Positions 1 to 9,354 of a DNA stretch of 35,404 nt are shown here, one piece after another. Location of the stretch: IMG/VR virus record IMGVR_UViG_3300038365_000136; one strand, 5' to 3'. Each line of letters starts with the position of its first letter. The first letter of the stretch is position 1. Below the pieces are notes generated by a model. That model made no database searches and had not been told where the DNA came from. It worked only from the letters and a program-made list of their open reading frames with translations. Both the position numbers and the translations under genes were made by a program. The DNA comes from a virus.

Positions 1-2
1 CG

Positions 3-890
3 ACCTCCTGGGCATGGAACTTCGGTGACGGACAAACATCGACCGTACAGAATCCAGCCCACACATACACCGATCCGGGGACTTACACTGTCACACTGAC
101 AGTTCAAAACACAGTTGGAAGCGCCACTGAGACCAAGACCAATTACATTGCTGTCGGGCAAATCCCAGAGGTAACCTCGACACCGATCGTCTCTGCAACC
201 GAAGGATACCTCTACGAGTATCAGCTGACGGCGAATCAGGGAATCGACACCTGGACCAAGGTAAGTGGTCCCTCCTTCCTTACACTTAGCAGCTCTGGCC
301 TCCTATCCGGTACCCCGAGCGCATCTGACGTCGGCAGTCGTTCGGTTAGCATCAAGGCGATCAGCGCCTTCGGGACGGCCTATCAAAACTTCTCTCTCGC
401 CATTGCTGCCATTCCGGACATTGACGACCCGACATGGCCCCCCTCATTCAACACGCTCCCCGTAACCTCGGGAAAGGTAGGGATGCTCTACCAGTATGCT
501 ATTGAAACCAACGAGACTGCCAACCTAATCCTGTCGAGCTCACCTAGCTGGCTTAAGCTGACGGGAAGCGTCCTTTCCGGCACCCCCACACAGGCCGGGG
601 CATACTCAGTCTCACTCAAGGCCACATCTTCTGCTGGGCTCCTTACAGCATGGCAGAACTGGACGATCACAGTCACCACTATTTCCGCGGACCCGGGAGA
701 TGACGATGATGATAAACCTACGCCCACGAAACCAGGAGGAAGCTCCGGAGAGGACCAGATAATCACTGAGGATGTCTCGGGCAATGGCAATGCGTGGCTC
801 GTCGTCATCGTACTGATGACCGCGACCATCGTTGTCGCTGGCATCGCCATGGCAGGCGGTAGTAAGAAGTCTGGAAGAAGGAGGCGGTGA
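3..890 (+). CDS. 5'-truncated surface protein: PKD domain, two putative Ig (He_PIG-like) domains, acidic linker, C-terminal TM anchor and basic tail
   Basis: Frame 3 is open from base 3 into the track ORF 483-890: TSWAWNFGDGQTSTVQNPAHTYTDPGTYTVTLTV (PKD), then two repeats of the PSFLTLSSSGLLSGTP / PSWLKLTGSVLSGTP type, then a hydrophobic helix and KKSGRRRR. Confidence 0.85.
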   Translation, partial: TSWAWNFGDGQTSTVQNPAHTYTDPGTYTVTLTVQNTVGSATETKTNYIAVGQIPEVTSTPIVSATEGYLYEYQLTANQGIDTWTKVSGPSFLTLSSSGLLSGTPSASDVGSRSVSIKAISAFGTAYQNFSLAIAAIPDIDDPTWPPSFNTLPVTSGKVGMLYQYAIETNETANLILSSSPSWLKLTGSVLSGTPTQAGAYSVSLKATSSAGLLTAWQNWTITVTTISADPGDDDDDKPTPTKPGGSSGEDQIITEDVSGNGNAWLVVIVLMTATIVVAGIAMAGGSKKSGRRRR

Positions 891-2314
891 CGATTCGAGC
901 GACTCCCTTCGTAGCCCTAGCTCTCGCCCTGCTCCTCCTCCCCGCTCTCCCCGTGGCCGAGGCCTACGAGCAGAGCACCGAGATCTGGGACTACCCCGGC
1001 ATGGAGAAGGCCGTCATGGACTACGAGGACGGTTCGTTGCAGTCAGAGTGGGGCTACTGGGGCCCCCCGGTCAATGGCGAAAACTCGTCCATATTCTCCG
1101 AAATATTAGATGACGAGAACCAATGGGGAGGAGCGAAGCAGGGCCAGAAGTTCCACTTGATAAGCTTCCGTCAGGACGCAACATATGACTGGCAGGCCGG
1201 AGGCAAGATAACATTCCACACCACCGCCGTCAACATGTTGCAGCTAAAGACGCTGACCCTCCAGACCGCAGTAAGCTTCGGCGATACTGAGATAAGCCAC
1301 GTGAATGGGGAAGCCTGGGTCTACTACACCGGCAGATCGTTCGACGCATCCGGAAACGTGCTTGAGCAGCAGCGCCACGAGCTCCGAACGGAACGAGGTG
1401 ACAAAGACCATATCTACACCGGCTGGCAGGAGATGGTGTTCGATGACCTGTACCATCCTCAAGCGGTCAGATACAGCATCGAGATCGCTATGGGCTTCGA
1501 CGTCACCGACCCTGGAGAATATTATCTCAACATCCAGGTCGATGACATAAGAGGCTATTCCCCGCCGAGCGACGTCCGGTTCAGCTACTTCAATGAGTAT
1601 ACCGGCCTCGGCCTCCAGTCTGAGCTGCTCATCCCAGAGATCAACTACGACGGGGAGTGGCACCGCGTCTACGACGGCCACATGGTCTTCGGTGCCGGGG
1701 AGTACATCTCATACCGTATCCGCGACTACTTTGGACAGGTCATCAACCAGAGCGCGGCATTCATCCTCGCCGATTCCACGGTGTACGTCGACATACCGGT
1801 CAAGATGGTCAAGGTCCAGATAGCCAAGCCGGACTGGTGGACCTCGGACCTCCCGCCCGAATGGCAGCTCATGTACGAGCCGACCGGAAAGCAGATCACC
1901 GTATCCGGATGGGAGCTGGAGATGCTGGCCGGATGGTACAACTTCGCCTGGCATACGCAGAAGGTCACGAACTCGGCCAACAACATCACCGACACCGATG
2001 ACGAGAGCGTAGTGGCCGCCGGCAACGTCACCACATACATCGACGGCAACATCACTGCTGCCAGGTCACACTCGCTCCAAAACTTCTTCCTGACGATGGA
2101 ACCGACCTATTCCGGAACCGTCAATCAGGGAGGCTTCGTCCTGCCCTCCCTCGATTCCTGGGAGGGCATCTACCAGGCTCTGAACGTGCTGTTCACCCAG
2201 ATCATGCAGTCCACCGAGTACAAGGCCGTGATGGTCATGGGCGGGTTGTTCTCCGTCGTCGGCATAGTCGGGATGATAAACAGAAAGAGAAAGAAAGGAG
2301 GCAACCGCAAATGA
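887..2314 (+). CDS. Signal-peptide, beta-rich, C-terminally anchored membrane protein; spike or receptor-binding candidate
   Basis: GTG start overlaps the previous stop; signal-like FVALALALLLLPALPVAEA; C-terminal TM VMVMGGLFSVVGIVGMI plus RKRKK. Spike role is inferred from context only. Confidence 0.7.
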   Translation: MTIRATPFVALALALLLLPALPVAEAYEQSTEIWDYPGMEKAVMDYEDGSLQSEWGYWGPPVNGENSSIFSEILDDENQWGGAKQGQKFHLISFRQDATYDWQAGGKITFHTTAVNMLQLKTLTLQTAVSFGDTEISHVNGEAWVYYTGRSFDASGNVLEQQRHELRTERGDKDHIYTGWQEMVFDDLYHPQAVRYSIEIAMGFDVTDPGEYYLNIQVDDIRGYSPPSDVRFSYFNEYTGLGLQSELLIPEINYDGEWHRVYDGHMVFGAGEYISYRIRDYFGQVINQSAAFILADSTVYVDIPVKMVKVQIAKPDWWTSDLPPEWQLMYEPTGKQITVSGWELEMLAGWYNFAWHTQKVTNSANNITDTDDESVVAAGNVTTYIDGNITAARSHSLQNFFLTMEPTYSGTVNQGGFVLPSLDSWEGIYQALNVLFTQIMQSTEYKAVMVMGGLFSVVGIVGMINRKRKKGGNRK

Positions 2315-2373
2315 GCCAGATAACGAGAAAAGATAAGGATCCGCCGATACCGGTCTATCGGGAGGACGAATGA
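2311..2373 (+). CDS. Possible 20-aa micro-ORF (MSQITRKDKDPPIPVYREDE)
   Basis: ATG follows GGAGGCAACC (2297-2306), overlaps the stop at 2314, and its own stop overlaps the ATG at 2370. Confidence 0.3.
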   Translation: MSQITRKDKDPPIPVYREDE

Positions 2374-3743
2374 TGGAGATCGCCAACATGGACGTCCTGG
2401 GCGTCGTCGGCATTCTCCTTCTATGCGCCTTCGTTGGCGTCTGGATGTTCCGGAGCATGGTGTTCAGCCGCACCCTCGGGCAGGAGGTGTTCATGGCCGT
2501 GTTCATGCTCCTCCTAGGCGCGTTCCTGGAATCGTACCTCCGGGGCACCAAGGACTTCGCCATCATCACCGCCGCCCTGATCTTCCTCATCATCGGATGG
2601 GTGCTGTATCAGACTAGGGGAGTATGGAAGGAGATGGCGAGAAGCTCTGGCACCCGAACCAGGTCCCTCATCCCGATCCTCATGGTCGGCCTGATGGTAT
2701 CGACGCTCATCGTCCTGCCGTCCGGCGCGGATGCTTACAAGACGCCGATGCACGAGGACATGGTCGACAGCACCATCCAGGTCCTGGGGAACGACGGCAA
2801 GCAGTATGCCGCCCGTTACTTCCAGGCCGAGGACCTGCACGGCGTCACCCTGCTCCAGTGGATGAAGGACGGCATAGCCGACTGTGATAGGCTGGACCTC
2901 GCCAGGAACCACTACTACAATCCCTACACCGAGAAAGGCCTCACGGCCCTCAACTCGGCGGACCTGTGCCAGCAATATTACGACCAGGCCATCGAGAACT
3001 ACAAGCGGGGCGACTACTCCGGATCGGCCTACAATCTGGGCCGTGCGCTCCACATGGTCATGGACTCCACCGTCCCGCACCATTCGGCCAATGACCCCCT
3101 CAACGGCCACTCCGAGTATGAGGCGTGGATCCACGAGCGGCAGGGACGCTTCACCGTCGTCGATGGCGGCCTGTACGGATACGCCGACACTGCGAGGGAG
3201 TTCGTGACCCAGAACGCCAATGTGTCCTTCTCCCTCTACGAGATGGTTCGGAGCGACAACTCCACCGACGTCAACTTCGAATCGGTGGCGAAGACCATCG
3301 AGCCTCTGGCCATCAGGACGAGCGCGGCGTTCCTCGCCCTCTACCTGGACGAGATACGAGAGATCGCCCCCAAACTCTACGCCACTGACCACACCAACAC
3401 CGGCATTGAGCTGGCATGGTCCCCCAGCGCCGACCCCGGGTTCGTTCGCTACGATGTCTACCGGTCCGGAGCCAACGGGGAGATAGTCCTCGATGAGGCG
3501 CACCGGGTCATCAGCATCGGCGAACGGGACCGCAACAGCATGACGATCGACGGCCTGGCATCCTACGGGGTCTACCAGTTCCAGGTCGTCACGGTGACGA
3601 GCGACGGGACGCTCGAATCGAACACGGTGGAGCAGCGTCTAGGCCTCACCGCTATAATCGCCGTGCTGGCGATCCTCGTACTGGGGACCGCCGTCGGTAT
3701 CGCTTACACGTCCAATGGACGCAGCCGCAGGAGGAAGAGATGA
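2370..3743 (+). CDS. Membrane-anchored Zn-dependent phospholipase C / S1-P1-like family protein with FN3-like domain
   Basis: Metal-ligand pattern HEDM..., RNHYYNP, LGRALHMVMDSTVPHH, HSEYE; FN3-like LAWSPSADPGFVRYDVYRS...YQFQVVTV; several N-terminal TM helices and one C-terminal TM plus basic tail. Confidence 0.75.
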   Translation: MMEIANMDVLGVVGILLLCAFVGVWMFRSMVFSRTLGQEVFMAVFMLLLGAFLESYLRGTKDFAIITAALIFLIIGWVLYQTRGVWKEMARSSGTRTRSLIPILMVGLMVSTLIVLPSGADAYKTPMHEDMVDSTIQVLGNDGKQYAARYFQAEDLHGVTLLQWMKDGIADCDRLDLARNHYYNPYTEKGLTALNSADLCQQYYDQAIENYKRGDYSGSAYNLGRALHMVMDSTVPHHSANDPLNGHSEYEAWIHERQGRFTVVDGGLYGYADTAREFVTQNANVSFSLYEMVRSDNSTDVNFESVAKTIEPLAIRTSAAFLALYLDEIREIAPKLYATDHTNTGIELAWSPSADPGFVRYDVYRSGANGEIVLDEAHRVISIGERDRNSMTIDGLASYGVYQFQVVTVTSDGTLESNTVEQRLGLTAIIAVLAILVLGTAVGIAYTSNGRSRRRKR

Positions 3744-4615
3744 TGGAAACGCAAGAAGTGATCGACAAACGGCAATGGGAGACCTATGCCAAGGAGAACC
3801 TCGAACGGCAGGCTCTCCCAACCAACACCGAGATAGAGCTGTGGCACGACGGCTCGGCGGAGTTCTACTACTCCAAGATACGCCGCATCGCCTCGGTCCA
3901 GCACGAACGATCGGGGATGACGGCGGAGACCTGGGAGGCATTGACGGAGAAGGACATGCCTCCCACATTCACGGTCCTGCTGCACAAGGGTACGCTGGAG
4001 AGCCACATCCACCTATGCAAGTTCAGAGAGACCGACTTCGGAGCGAGACTGGTGCAGAAGATCACGCTCATGAGCGTCCTTCTGCTCTACATCCCCCTAC
4101 TCAGTTCCCTGGCTGGGCTGCTTCCGACCAACATAGACCTGCTGCAATGGTACTGGGTCGCCCCTATCTCCTTGGTCGCCGGCATCTTCACTATGGTCGG
4201 CTGGTACAACAAGGTCGCCGTGTGCGGACGGCTCGTCCTCGAATGCGCCATGCCAGAGCACGAGAAGGGCAACCATCACGTCTGCTACGTCTGCCACTCC
4301 AAGGCGGGGAACGTGCTCAGACAGCTCAACGCCTGGGACCGCCACGCCGCCTGGATGGATGCCCTGGTCGACGGCCTGGTCGACAATCTCAACCAGCAGG
4401 TCGTGGACATGAAGAACTACATCTTCAAGCTGGAGTACGAGGCGTCCGAGCGTGACAAGGAAACCGTCCACCAGACCGTCAGATACTACAACCGCCGCAT
4501 GAAGATGGGCGATGGCCCGGTCACGTCGAAGAGCCAATTCCCGCTGATCGCCGCGCTCATGGTCCTAACGGTCATCGGGACCGCCGCACTGATGTACGCC
4601 ATCATGGGAGGATGA
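3740..4615 (+). CDS. Hypothetical membrane protein (two central TM helices, coiled region, C-terminal TM)
   Basis: 291-aa ORF, ATGA overlap, hydrophobic segments. Confidence 0.7.
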   Translation: MMETQEVIDKRQWETYAKENLERQALPTNTEIELWHDGSAEFYYSKIRRIASVQHERSGMTAETWEALTEKDMPPTFTVLLHKGTLESHIHLCKFRETDFGARLVQKITLMSVLLLYIPLLSSLAGLLPTNIDLLQWYWVAPISLVAGIFTMVGWYNKVAVCGRLVLECAMPEHEKGNHHVCYVCHSKAGNVLRQLNAWDRHAAWMDALVDGLVDNLNQQVVDMKNYIFKLEYEASERDKETVHQTVRYYNRRMKMGDGPVTSKSQFPLIAALMVLTVIGTAALMYAIMGG

Positions 4616-4619
4616 AGGA

Positions 4620-4910
4620 TTGGCAAGAAGGAGACCTAGCAAGGCCGACGGAAAGATGGAGCCACTGTCGCAGCTAGGCATATGCCTGCTCCTCGACGTG
4701 GTGGGCGCGGCGACCTACTTCCTCCCCGGGGTGGGAGAACTGTTCGACGTCGTCTACGCCCCCATCCAGGCCACCGTCGCCTGGTCCTTCTTCGGAGGGG
4801 AATCGTGGGGGAAGGTATGGACAGGGGTGGCTCTGGCCGAGGAGCTGCTCCCGTTCTTTGACATATTCCCATCCATGACAGTCGGCTGGATGATGAAGTA
4901 CCTGCTATGA
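4620..4910 (+). CDS. Small multi-pass membrane protein of unknown function
   Basis: TTG start (alternative ATG at 4656); two similar hydrophobic hairpins (LDVVG...LPGVGELFDVV / LAEELLPFFDIFP). Confidence 0.6.
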   Translation: MARRRPSKADGKMEPLSQLGICLLLDVVGAATYFLPGVGELFDVVYAPIQATVAWSFFGGESWGKVWTGVALAEELLPFFDIFPSMTVGWMMKYLL

Positions 4911-4918
4911 CGACTGAC

Positions 4919-4932
4919 ATTTACCGGTAAAT
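4919..4932. promoter_or_regulatory. 14-bp palindrome ATTTACCGGTAAAT, copy 1 (intergenic)
   Basis: Perfect palindrome immediately upstream of the SD of ORF 4946. Confidence 0.6.
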
Positions 4933-4945
4933 ATGGAGGCAACCA

Positions 4946-5515
4946 ATGAAAGGCTCGTTAGATTATGTGGACAGAGAAGCGATCGCCAAGCTAAGACAGA
5001 CGCAGATCAACAACATCATGGCCGACTCCTTCAAGCTGAATCGGGAGGTCTTCGGCGAGTTCCTTCCGACTGGCATAGAGCGCATACGCATCATTCCAGG
5101 ACGGGAGGCCCAGGAGCTCCAGGTCCTCACCGCCCTAGTGTACGGCGAGGCCAACAATCAGAACGCCCGGGTCCAGGAGTGGTTCAGGGACCACAAATGG
5201 AAGCGCGTGTGGATAACCGATGAGAAGAGCCAGCGTACCGCCGACCTCTCAATGGTGGAGGATCATCTCATCGAATACATCCTGTTCGACGAGGACGGCT
5301 TCCTCTACTATATGCAGGACGATCGCGGACGCCCTGCCAATCCCCCAAAGTACCTGCAATGGGACATCTACGGCATACGGCACTACATCACCACAAAGCT
5401 GGGCATCATGTCCGCCATCAAGAACGAGGAGCTCATCGCCAACACGCTGGAAGGAAAGGAAGGGATCCCCGCGACCGCCGAGCCGACGGTCATCATCCAG
5501 GAGGATGAACGCTGA
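4946..5515 (+). CDS. Hypothetical protein
   Basis: 189-aa ORF directly after GGAGGCAACCA. Confidence 0.7.
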   Translation: MKGSLDYVDREAIAKLRQTQINNIMADSFKLNREVFGEFLPTGIERIRIIPGREAQELQVLTALVYGEANNQNARVQEWFRDHKWKRVWITDEKSQRTADLSMVEDHLIEYILFDEDGFLYYMQDDRGRPANPPKYLQWDIYGIRHYITTKLGIMSAIKNEELIANTLEGKEGIPATAEPTVIIQEDER

Positions 5516-5985
5516 TGGCTGTCAGGGACGGATACCAGGATGACGACATGTCCGCCGAGTATTACCCAGGTCCGGACGGTCCTGCCGACGACGAGATCAC
5601 GCCGGATGGCGCTCCATCTCAGATATGGCTTGAGGTCACGACCCCAATGCGGGAGGCCCTCTCCTACATCCACAAATGCATCGCAACGAACGACTGGGAG
5701 CCGGTGGCCATCATCAACTTCGCCGAGGCCTCCAGCAACGCGATCGAGAAGGACATAGTCGACCATCCGGAATGGACACGCATGGACCGCGATCGGCGCT
5801 ACGGCGAGGTCCCTCTCGAATACGGCAAGAAGATGACTCCCGAGCATTTCCTGGCTAGATACCGCCTCATACGAGAACTGCTCCGCAAGTACAACGTCGT
5901 AGGCCGTAAAGCGCCGCAAGGTGACCCGGCCAGATTCCTCTCCTTTTCCTCCCTGGTCCCCAGGGTCACGGAGGATGACAGATGA
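5515..5985 (+). CDS. Hypothetical acidic protein
   Basis: 156-aa ORF, translationally coupled on both sides. Confidence 0.65.
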   Translation: MAVRDGYQDDDMSAEYYPGPDGPADDEITPDGAPSQIWLEVTTPMREALSYIHKCIATNDWEPVAIINFAEASSNAIEKDIVDHPEWTRMDRDRRYGEVPLEYGKKMTPEHFLARYRLIRELLRKYNVVGRKAPQGDPARFLSFSSLVPRVTEDDR

Positions 5986-7133
5986 TAACCGAGATCGAGC
6001 CGTGGCTGCGCGAGGCCGCCGAGGACAACGTCGATCCGTTCGGGGCTCTCGAACTGCTCTTCCGTCCCGGCACCTCGATCATCTTCTCCGGCGAGAGGGG
6101 CGGAGGCAAGACCCATTGCGCCATCGGATGCAACGAGCTGGCCGTGAAGCTCCACCCAGGGAGCCATCTCTTCACCAACGTCATCTTCAAGCGGCTCTCC
6201 TTCGAACCGAACGGCTATTGGGAACCGGGCTGCAAGGTCAATCGAACAAAGGACTGGCCCGACGAGATCACCTACGTCACGTCGCTGGAAAAGGTCTTCC
6301 GGCTCACTGGTGAGATCCTCGATGGAAAGAACGACTGGTACGAGGATGACGACTTCGCCATCTATGAGCTGCTGGACGAGTTCCAGAACTTCATCATGGC
6401 CGATAAGTCATACGAGCCGCTGGTCCAGGCGTTCTTCGTGTACCAGGGCAACCTGAGAAAGTTCAAGCATTGCTGTCAGCAGATCTCCCCGTCCATCTAC
6501 AACATCCCCAAGCGTCTCCGCCGCTTCGTCGATGACATCTCCTATGCAGGCTACCTGTCGGCGCACATCCACAAGGAGAAGTTCATGGTCGAGGACTTCA
6601 ACCGCTGCTGGGGCACCCGCATCCCGTTCAAGTATTTCGCCTCGGTCAAGATCGGCTACGACCACAAGGAGGAGCTCCTTGAGGTCCCGACCGTCACCTG
6701 GAATCGTCCCGAGACCGCTTGCGAGGACGGCGACATCATCTACGATCACTTATCGAGCGCGACGTTCCGTCTCAATGAGAAGCCGATCCAGGACCCCAAG
6801 GAGGAGCTGTGGTTCGGCCAGCTCATCGACAAGGTGGGCGGCGAGGCATCGTTCGACGTGGCCACCGTCATCCAGGACTTCTGGGAGCGGTGGGACCGTG
6901 GCGACGATTACGACCAGGGCATGGACTCCAACTATGAGCTGGCCACCAGGATACGGGAGATGAGGCGGCTTCGCACCAAGAAGGGCGACAAGCTCACATG
7001 GGAGCAGATCGCCCGAATAGAGAGCAAGCCGCGCTCCACCGTTCAGACCATCTACTCCAAGTACGCCCCCCAGCTCGACCTCGACCTGGTGGAGCTGGAG
7101 GAACTCAACGGCATGAAGGGAGGAGTGGCATGA
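5982..7133 (+). CDS. Zot/pI-like P-loop NTPase (putative morphogenesis or packaging ATPase) with C-terminal HTH-like segment
   Basis: Walker A GERGGGKT, following HLFTNV strand, Walker B LLDEFQ, RKFKH...PKRLRR; C-terminal LTWEQIARIESKPRSTVQTIYSKY. Confidence 0.7.
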   Translation: MITEIEPWLREAAEDNVDPFGALELLFRPGTSIIFSGERGGGKTHCAIGCNELAVKLHPGSHLFTNVIFKRLSFEPNGYWEPGCKVNRTKDWPDEITYVTSLEKVFRLTGEILDGKNDWYEDDDFAIYELLDEFQNFIMADKSYEPLVQAFFVYQGNLRKFKHCCQQISPSIYNIPKRLRRFVDDISYAGYLSAHIHKEKFMVEDFNRCWGTRIPFKYFASVKIGYDHKEELLEVPTVTWNRPETACEDGDIIYDHLSSATFRLNEKPIQDPKEELWFGQLIDKVGGEASFDVATVIQDFWERWDRGDDYDQGMDSNYELATRIREMRRLRTKKGDKLTWEQIARIESKPRSTVQTIYSKYAPQLDLDLVELEELNGMKGGVA

Positions 7134-8428
7134 TGCCCTGGAAGAGAAAGGCCAAGCAGACACCGCCACCGAGGGTCAGGCGCGAGTTCAGCCTATACAT
7201 GGAGGTGAGGGACGACGAGCCGCTCTCGGAGTTCTACCGCGACGTGCTCGAACATCCCATACGCTCCCGCATGGACTATCGGAAGGACTGTCTCCGAGGG
7301 AAGCCGCGCCAGGAGTGTAACATCGCCGAGCTCCTAGGAGACCTGAGAGTTCAGTATCAGGAGGACGACCCGCATCGGTACAAAAAAGGTCTCCCCGGGC
7401 CGGATATGGCCGCCTACCGCGCCATCGCCGTCGAGTGCCAGACATGCATCCTGCACAAGAACCGTCCCGGCTCCAAGGAGAACGTTCGCTGCCCGATCGA
7501 GGAACCGGTCCTCGAACCCCTCCCTCCGACACCCAATGACGCTCACCGCCCCAGGCGCATCCTCTTCGGGACCGTAGGTTCGTGGCATGGTAGGATCATG
7601 ACCGCGATCCGACGGGGAGGGGAGTCCCCGAAGAAGGAGCCCCGGAAGCCCCGCATACGATACCGCGAGGCGCTGCCGGACGAGACTCCGCAGGAGCCCG
7701 AGGCCGTGAACACGGTCCAGGAGCCACAGGCCACAGGGCAGGCGGTCGAAACGGCCGAACCCGCCCGTAGCGAGGCTGTCCTGGATCAGGAGGTAAGCGA
7801 GACCGACGAATCTGAACCCACCACGGAACAGGTGGAGCCTCCGCCCGTCGAGGCGGAGCGCCCCGCTCCTAAACCCAGAGCCAAGAAGGCCCCGGCCAAG
7901 AAGCCGGCAGCCAAGAAGAAGGCCCAGGTCGCGGAGGAGCCCCCCGCCCCCGAGCTCCCCCCGGAGCCCGTAGCGGTCGAAGCCCCGACAACGAAGAAGA
8001 AAGCGACCAAGGCCACGCCGAAGAAGTCCCCGGCCAAGGCAAAGCCAGCCCCGCAATCCGAGGAGTCAGGTTCGCCGAAGCCGGACACACCTTCAACGAA
8101 AACGAAAGAGATCGTGCCCCCCATGACCAAGACCTCAGAGCCAGAGGGAGAGGGGCAGACCGCAGACGAGCCACATGAGCCAGTGCCGATGCCAGTAGCC
8201 AAAGCATCGACCAAGAAGGCTGCACCAAGGAAGAGGCCAGGACCGAAGAAGGCCCCGGCCAAAACGCCCGAGGCGACCTCATCCCCATCCGAGGAGACCA
8301 CACCGCTCCCGGGACCTGGGAACGAGCCCTCAGCGAAGCCGAAGAAGGCCCCGGCCAAGAAGGCCGCGCCTAGGAAGGCGGCGAAGAAGACGCCGGCCCA
8401 AGAGACCACAGAACTCACCAGTGAGTGA
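7130..8428 (+). CDS. Protein with Cys-containing N-terminal domain and long Lys/Ala/Pro/Glu low-complexity tail (histone H1-like KKAPAKK repeats)
   Basis: Likely start ATG 7130 after GGAGG (track start 6998 overlaps the ATPase); ECQTC and further Cys residues; KKAPAK x3, KKAAPRK x2. Confidence 0.7.
   Translation: MMPWKRKAKQTPPPRVRREFSLYMEVRDDEPLSEFYRDVLEHPIRSRMDYRKDCLRGKPRQECNIAELLGDLRVQYQEDDPHRYKKGLPGPDMAAYRAIAVECQTCILHKNRPGSKENVRCPIEEPVLEPLPPTPNDAHRPRRILFGTVGSWHGRIMTAIRRGGESPKKEPRKPRIRYREALPDETPQEPEAVNTVQEPQATGQAVETAEPARSEAVLDQEVSETDESEPTTEQVEPPPVEAERPAPKPRAKKAPAKKPAAKKKAQVAEEPPAPELPPEPVAVEAPTTKKKATKATPKKSPAKAKPAPQSEESGSPKPDTPSTKTKEIVPPMTKTSEPEGEGQTADEPHEPVPMPVAKASTKKAAPRKRPGPKKAPAKTPEATSSPSEETTPLPGPGNEPSAKPKKAPAKKAAPRKAAKKTPAQETTELTSE
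7883..8358 (+). repeat. Three exact 17-nt intragenic repeats AAGAAGGCCCCGGCCAA (KKAPAK)
   Basis: Copies at 7883-7899, 8246-8262 and 8342-8358. Confidence 0.85.
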
Positions 8429-8445
8429 GATGGAGGCAACCAAGC

Positions 8446-8919
8446 ATGACAAAAACACAAGGATCAGGATGGCACATGGAGAGCAGGCGGCATCACGACG
8501 CTGCCATGAAGGGGAGAAGGCCGACACACCAGCCTGGAAGGAGGGGCGCTAAGGCCCCGCCCACCGGGAATGGCCAAGTCCGCCTCACTCCCGCACAGGC
8601 GTCCTATCTGGCAGACCTGAACTTCGACAACGACTTCTTCCGCGATCAGCTCCAGGGAGCAGAGGACGACGGCGAGGAGATGGATGCCGCCATCTATCGC
8701 ATCCTCATCAAGGGACCGTCCCTCGAAGCGAGGAAGAGCCTGGATAAGGCCGCATCATCGAAGAGCTCTCAAAACCACACATTCAGCAGGAGCGACATGA
8801 CCTACTTCGCCGCTGCCACCACCTGGTCCTCCCAAGGGGCTGGACTGTGGGGCAACGAGAAGGAGAGCAAACAAGCGCGGGAGCTTACCGATAAGTTCTG
8901 GAAGGCGGGGGCTGAGTGA
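8446..8919 (+). CDS. Tag-array protein 1 (MTKTQGSGWHMESRRHHDAAMKG), unknown C-terminal domain
   Basis: ATG 8446 follows GGAGGCAACCAAGC; carries the shared N-terminal motif. Confidence 0.8.
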   Translation: MTKTQGSGWHMESRRHHDAAMKGRRPTHQPGRRGAKAPPTGNGQVRLTPAQASYLADLNFDNDFFRDQLQGAEDDGEEMDAAIYRILIKGPSLEARKSLDKAASSKSSQNHTFSRSDMTYFAAATTWSSQGAGLWGNEKESKQARELTDKFWKAGAE

Positions 8920-9353
8920 TGTCCAGAGCCGATGGGGGCGGCTGGTACGGCGAGTCCAGGAGACACGCCGAAGCAGCGAAGAAGGGACGACCCGCGAGGT
9001 CTGTCAACGCCGGAGCCCCACCTAGCCTGTCTAGGGAGCGGGATCGCCGGGAGTTCTACAGATGGAACCGGGGCGAGGAGTCCAGGGACGTGAAGAAGAT
9101 GATCCGCGAGAAGTACGGCATCGACGCCTCTGTAACGCAGGGAACTGGTACCGCCTTCTCTTGGATCTATGTCAGGTTGAAAGACGATGTATCCCGCGAG
9201 ACCGAACATGAGGTTTACCAAAGCGTCCTTCGGCTCACCGGAAGGGACCGTTACTACGACACCGACCCCGACCGCAACAAAGCAGACATCTCGGTAGAGA
9301 CCCCTAATCGGGCATACAACCCCGAGACCTGGAGACCGGCTAGGGTGTACTGA
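8919..9353 (+). CDS. Tag-array protein 2 (MSRADGGGWYGESRRHAEAAKKG)
   Basis: Start overlaps the previous stop; shared motif. Confidence 0.8.
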   Translation: MSRADGGGWYGESRRHAEAAKKGRPARSVNAGAPPSLSRERDRREFYRWNRGEESRDVKKMIREKYGIDASVTQGTGTAFSWIYVRLKDDVSRETEHEVYQSVLRLTGRDRYYDTDPDRNKADISVETPNRAYNPETWRPARVY

Positions 9354-9354
9354 C

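Noticed and set aside
4281-4298. CYVCH as a c-type heme-binding motif in ORF 3740
   Set aside because: Single occurrence in a Cys/His-rich patch with no cytochrome context; metal binding or chance is more likely.
4933-5223. Track ORFs starting MEAT (4933, 10703; also the 20552 extension)
   Set aside because: They come from the ATG/TTG-GAGGCAACCAA SD motif; the real starts are the downstream ATGs at 4946, 10719 and 20567.
7570-7592. GSWHGR in ORF 7130 as another tag copy
   Set aside because: Internal position and lacks RRH, AA and the terminal G.
7334-8460. Long antisense ORFs (7334-8056, 7786-8460; also 10755-12071 and 2514-3503)
   Set aside because: Shadow frames of GC-rich sense genes that have clear motifs and coupling.
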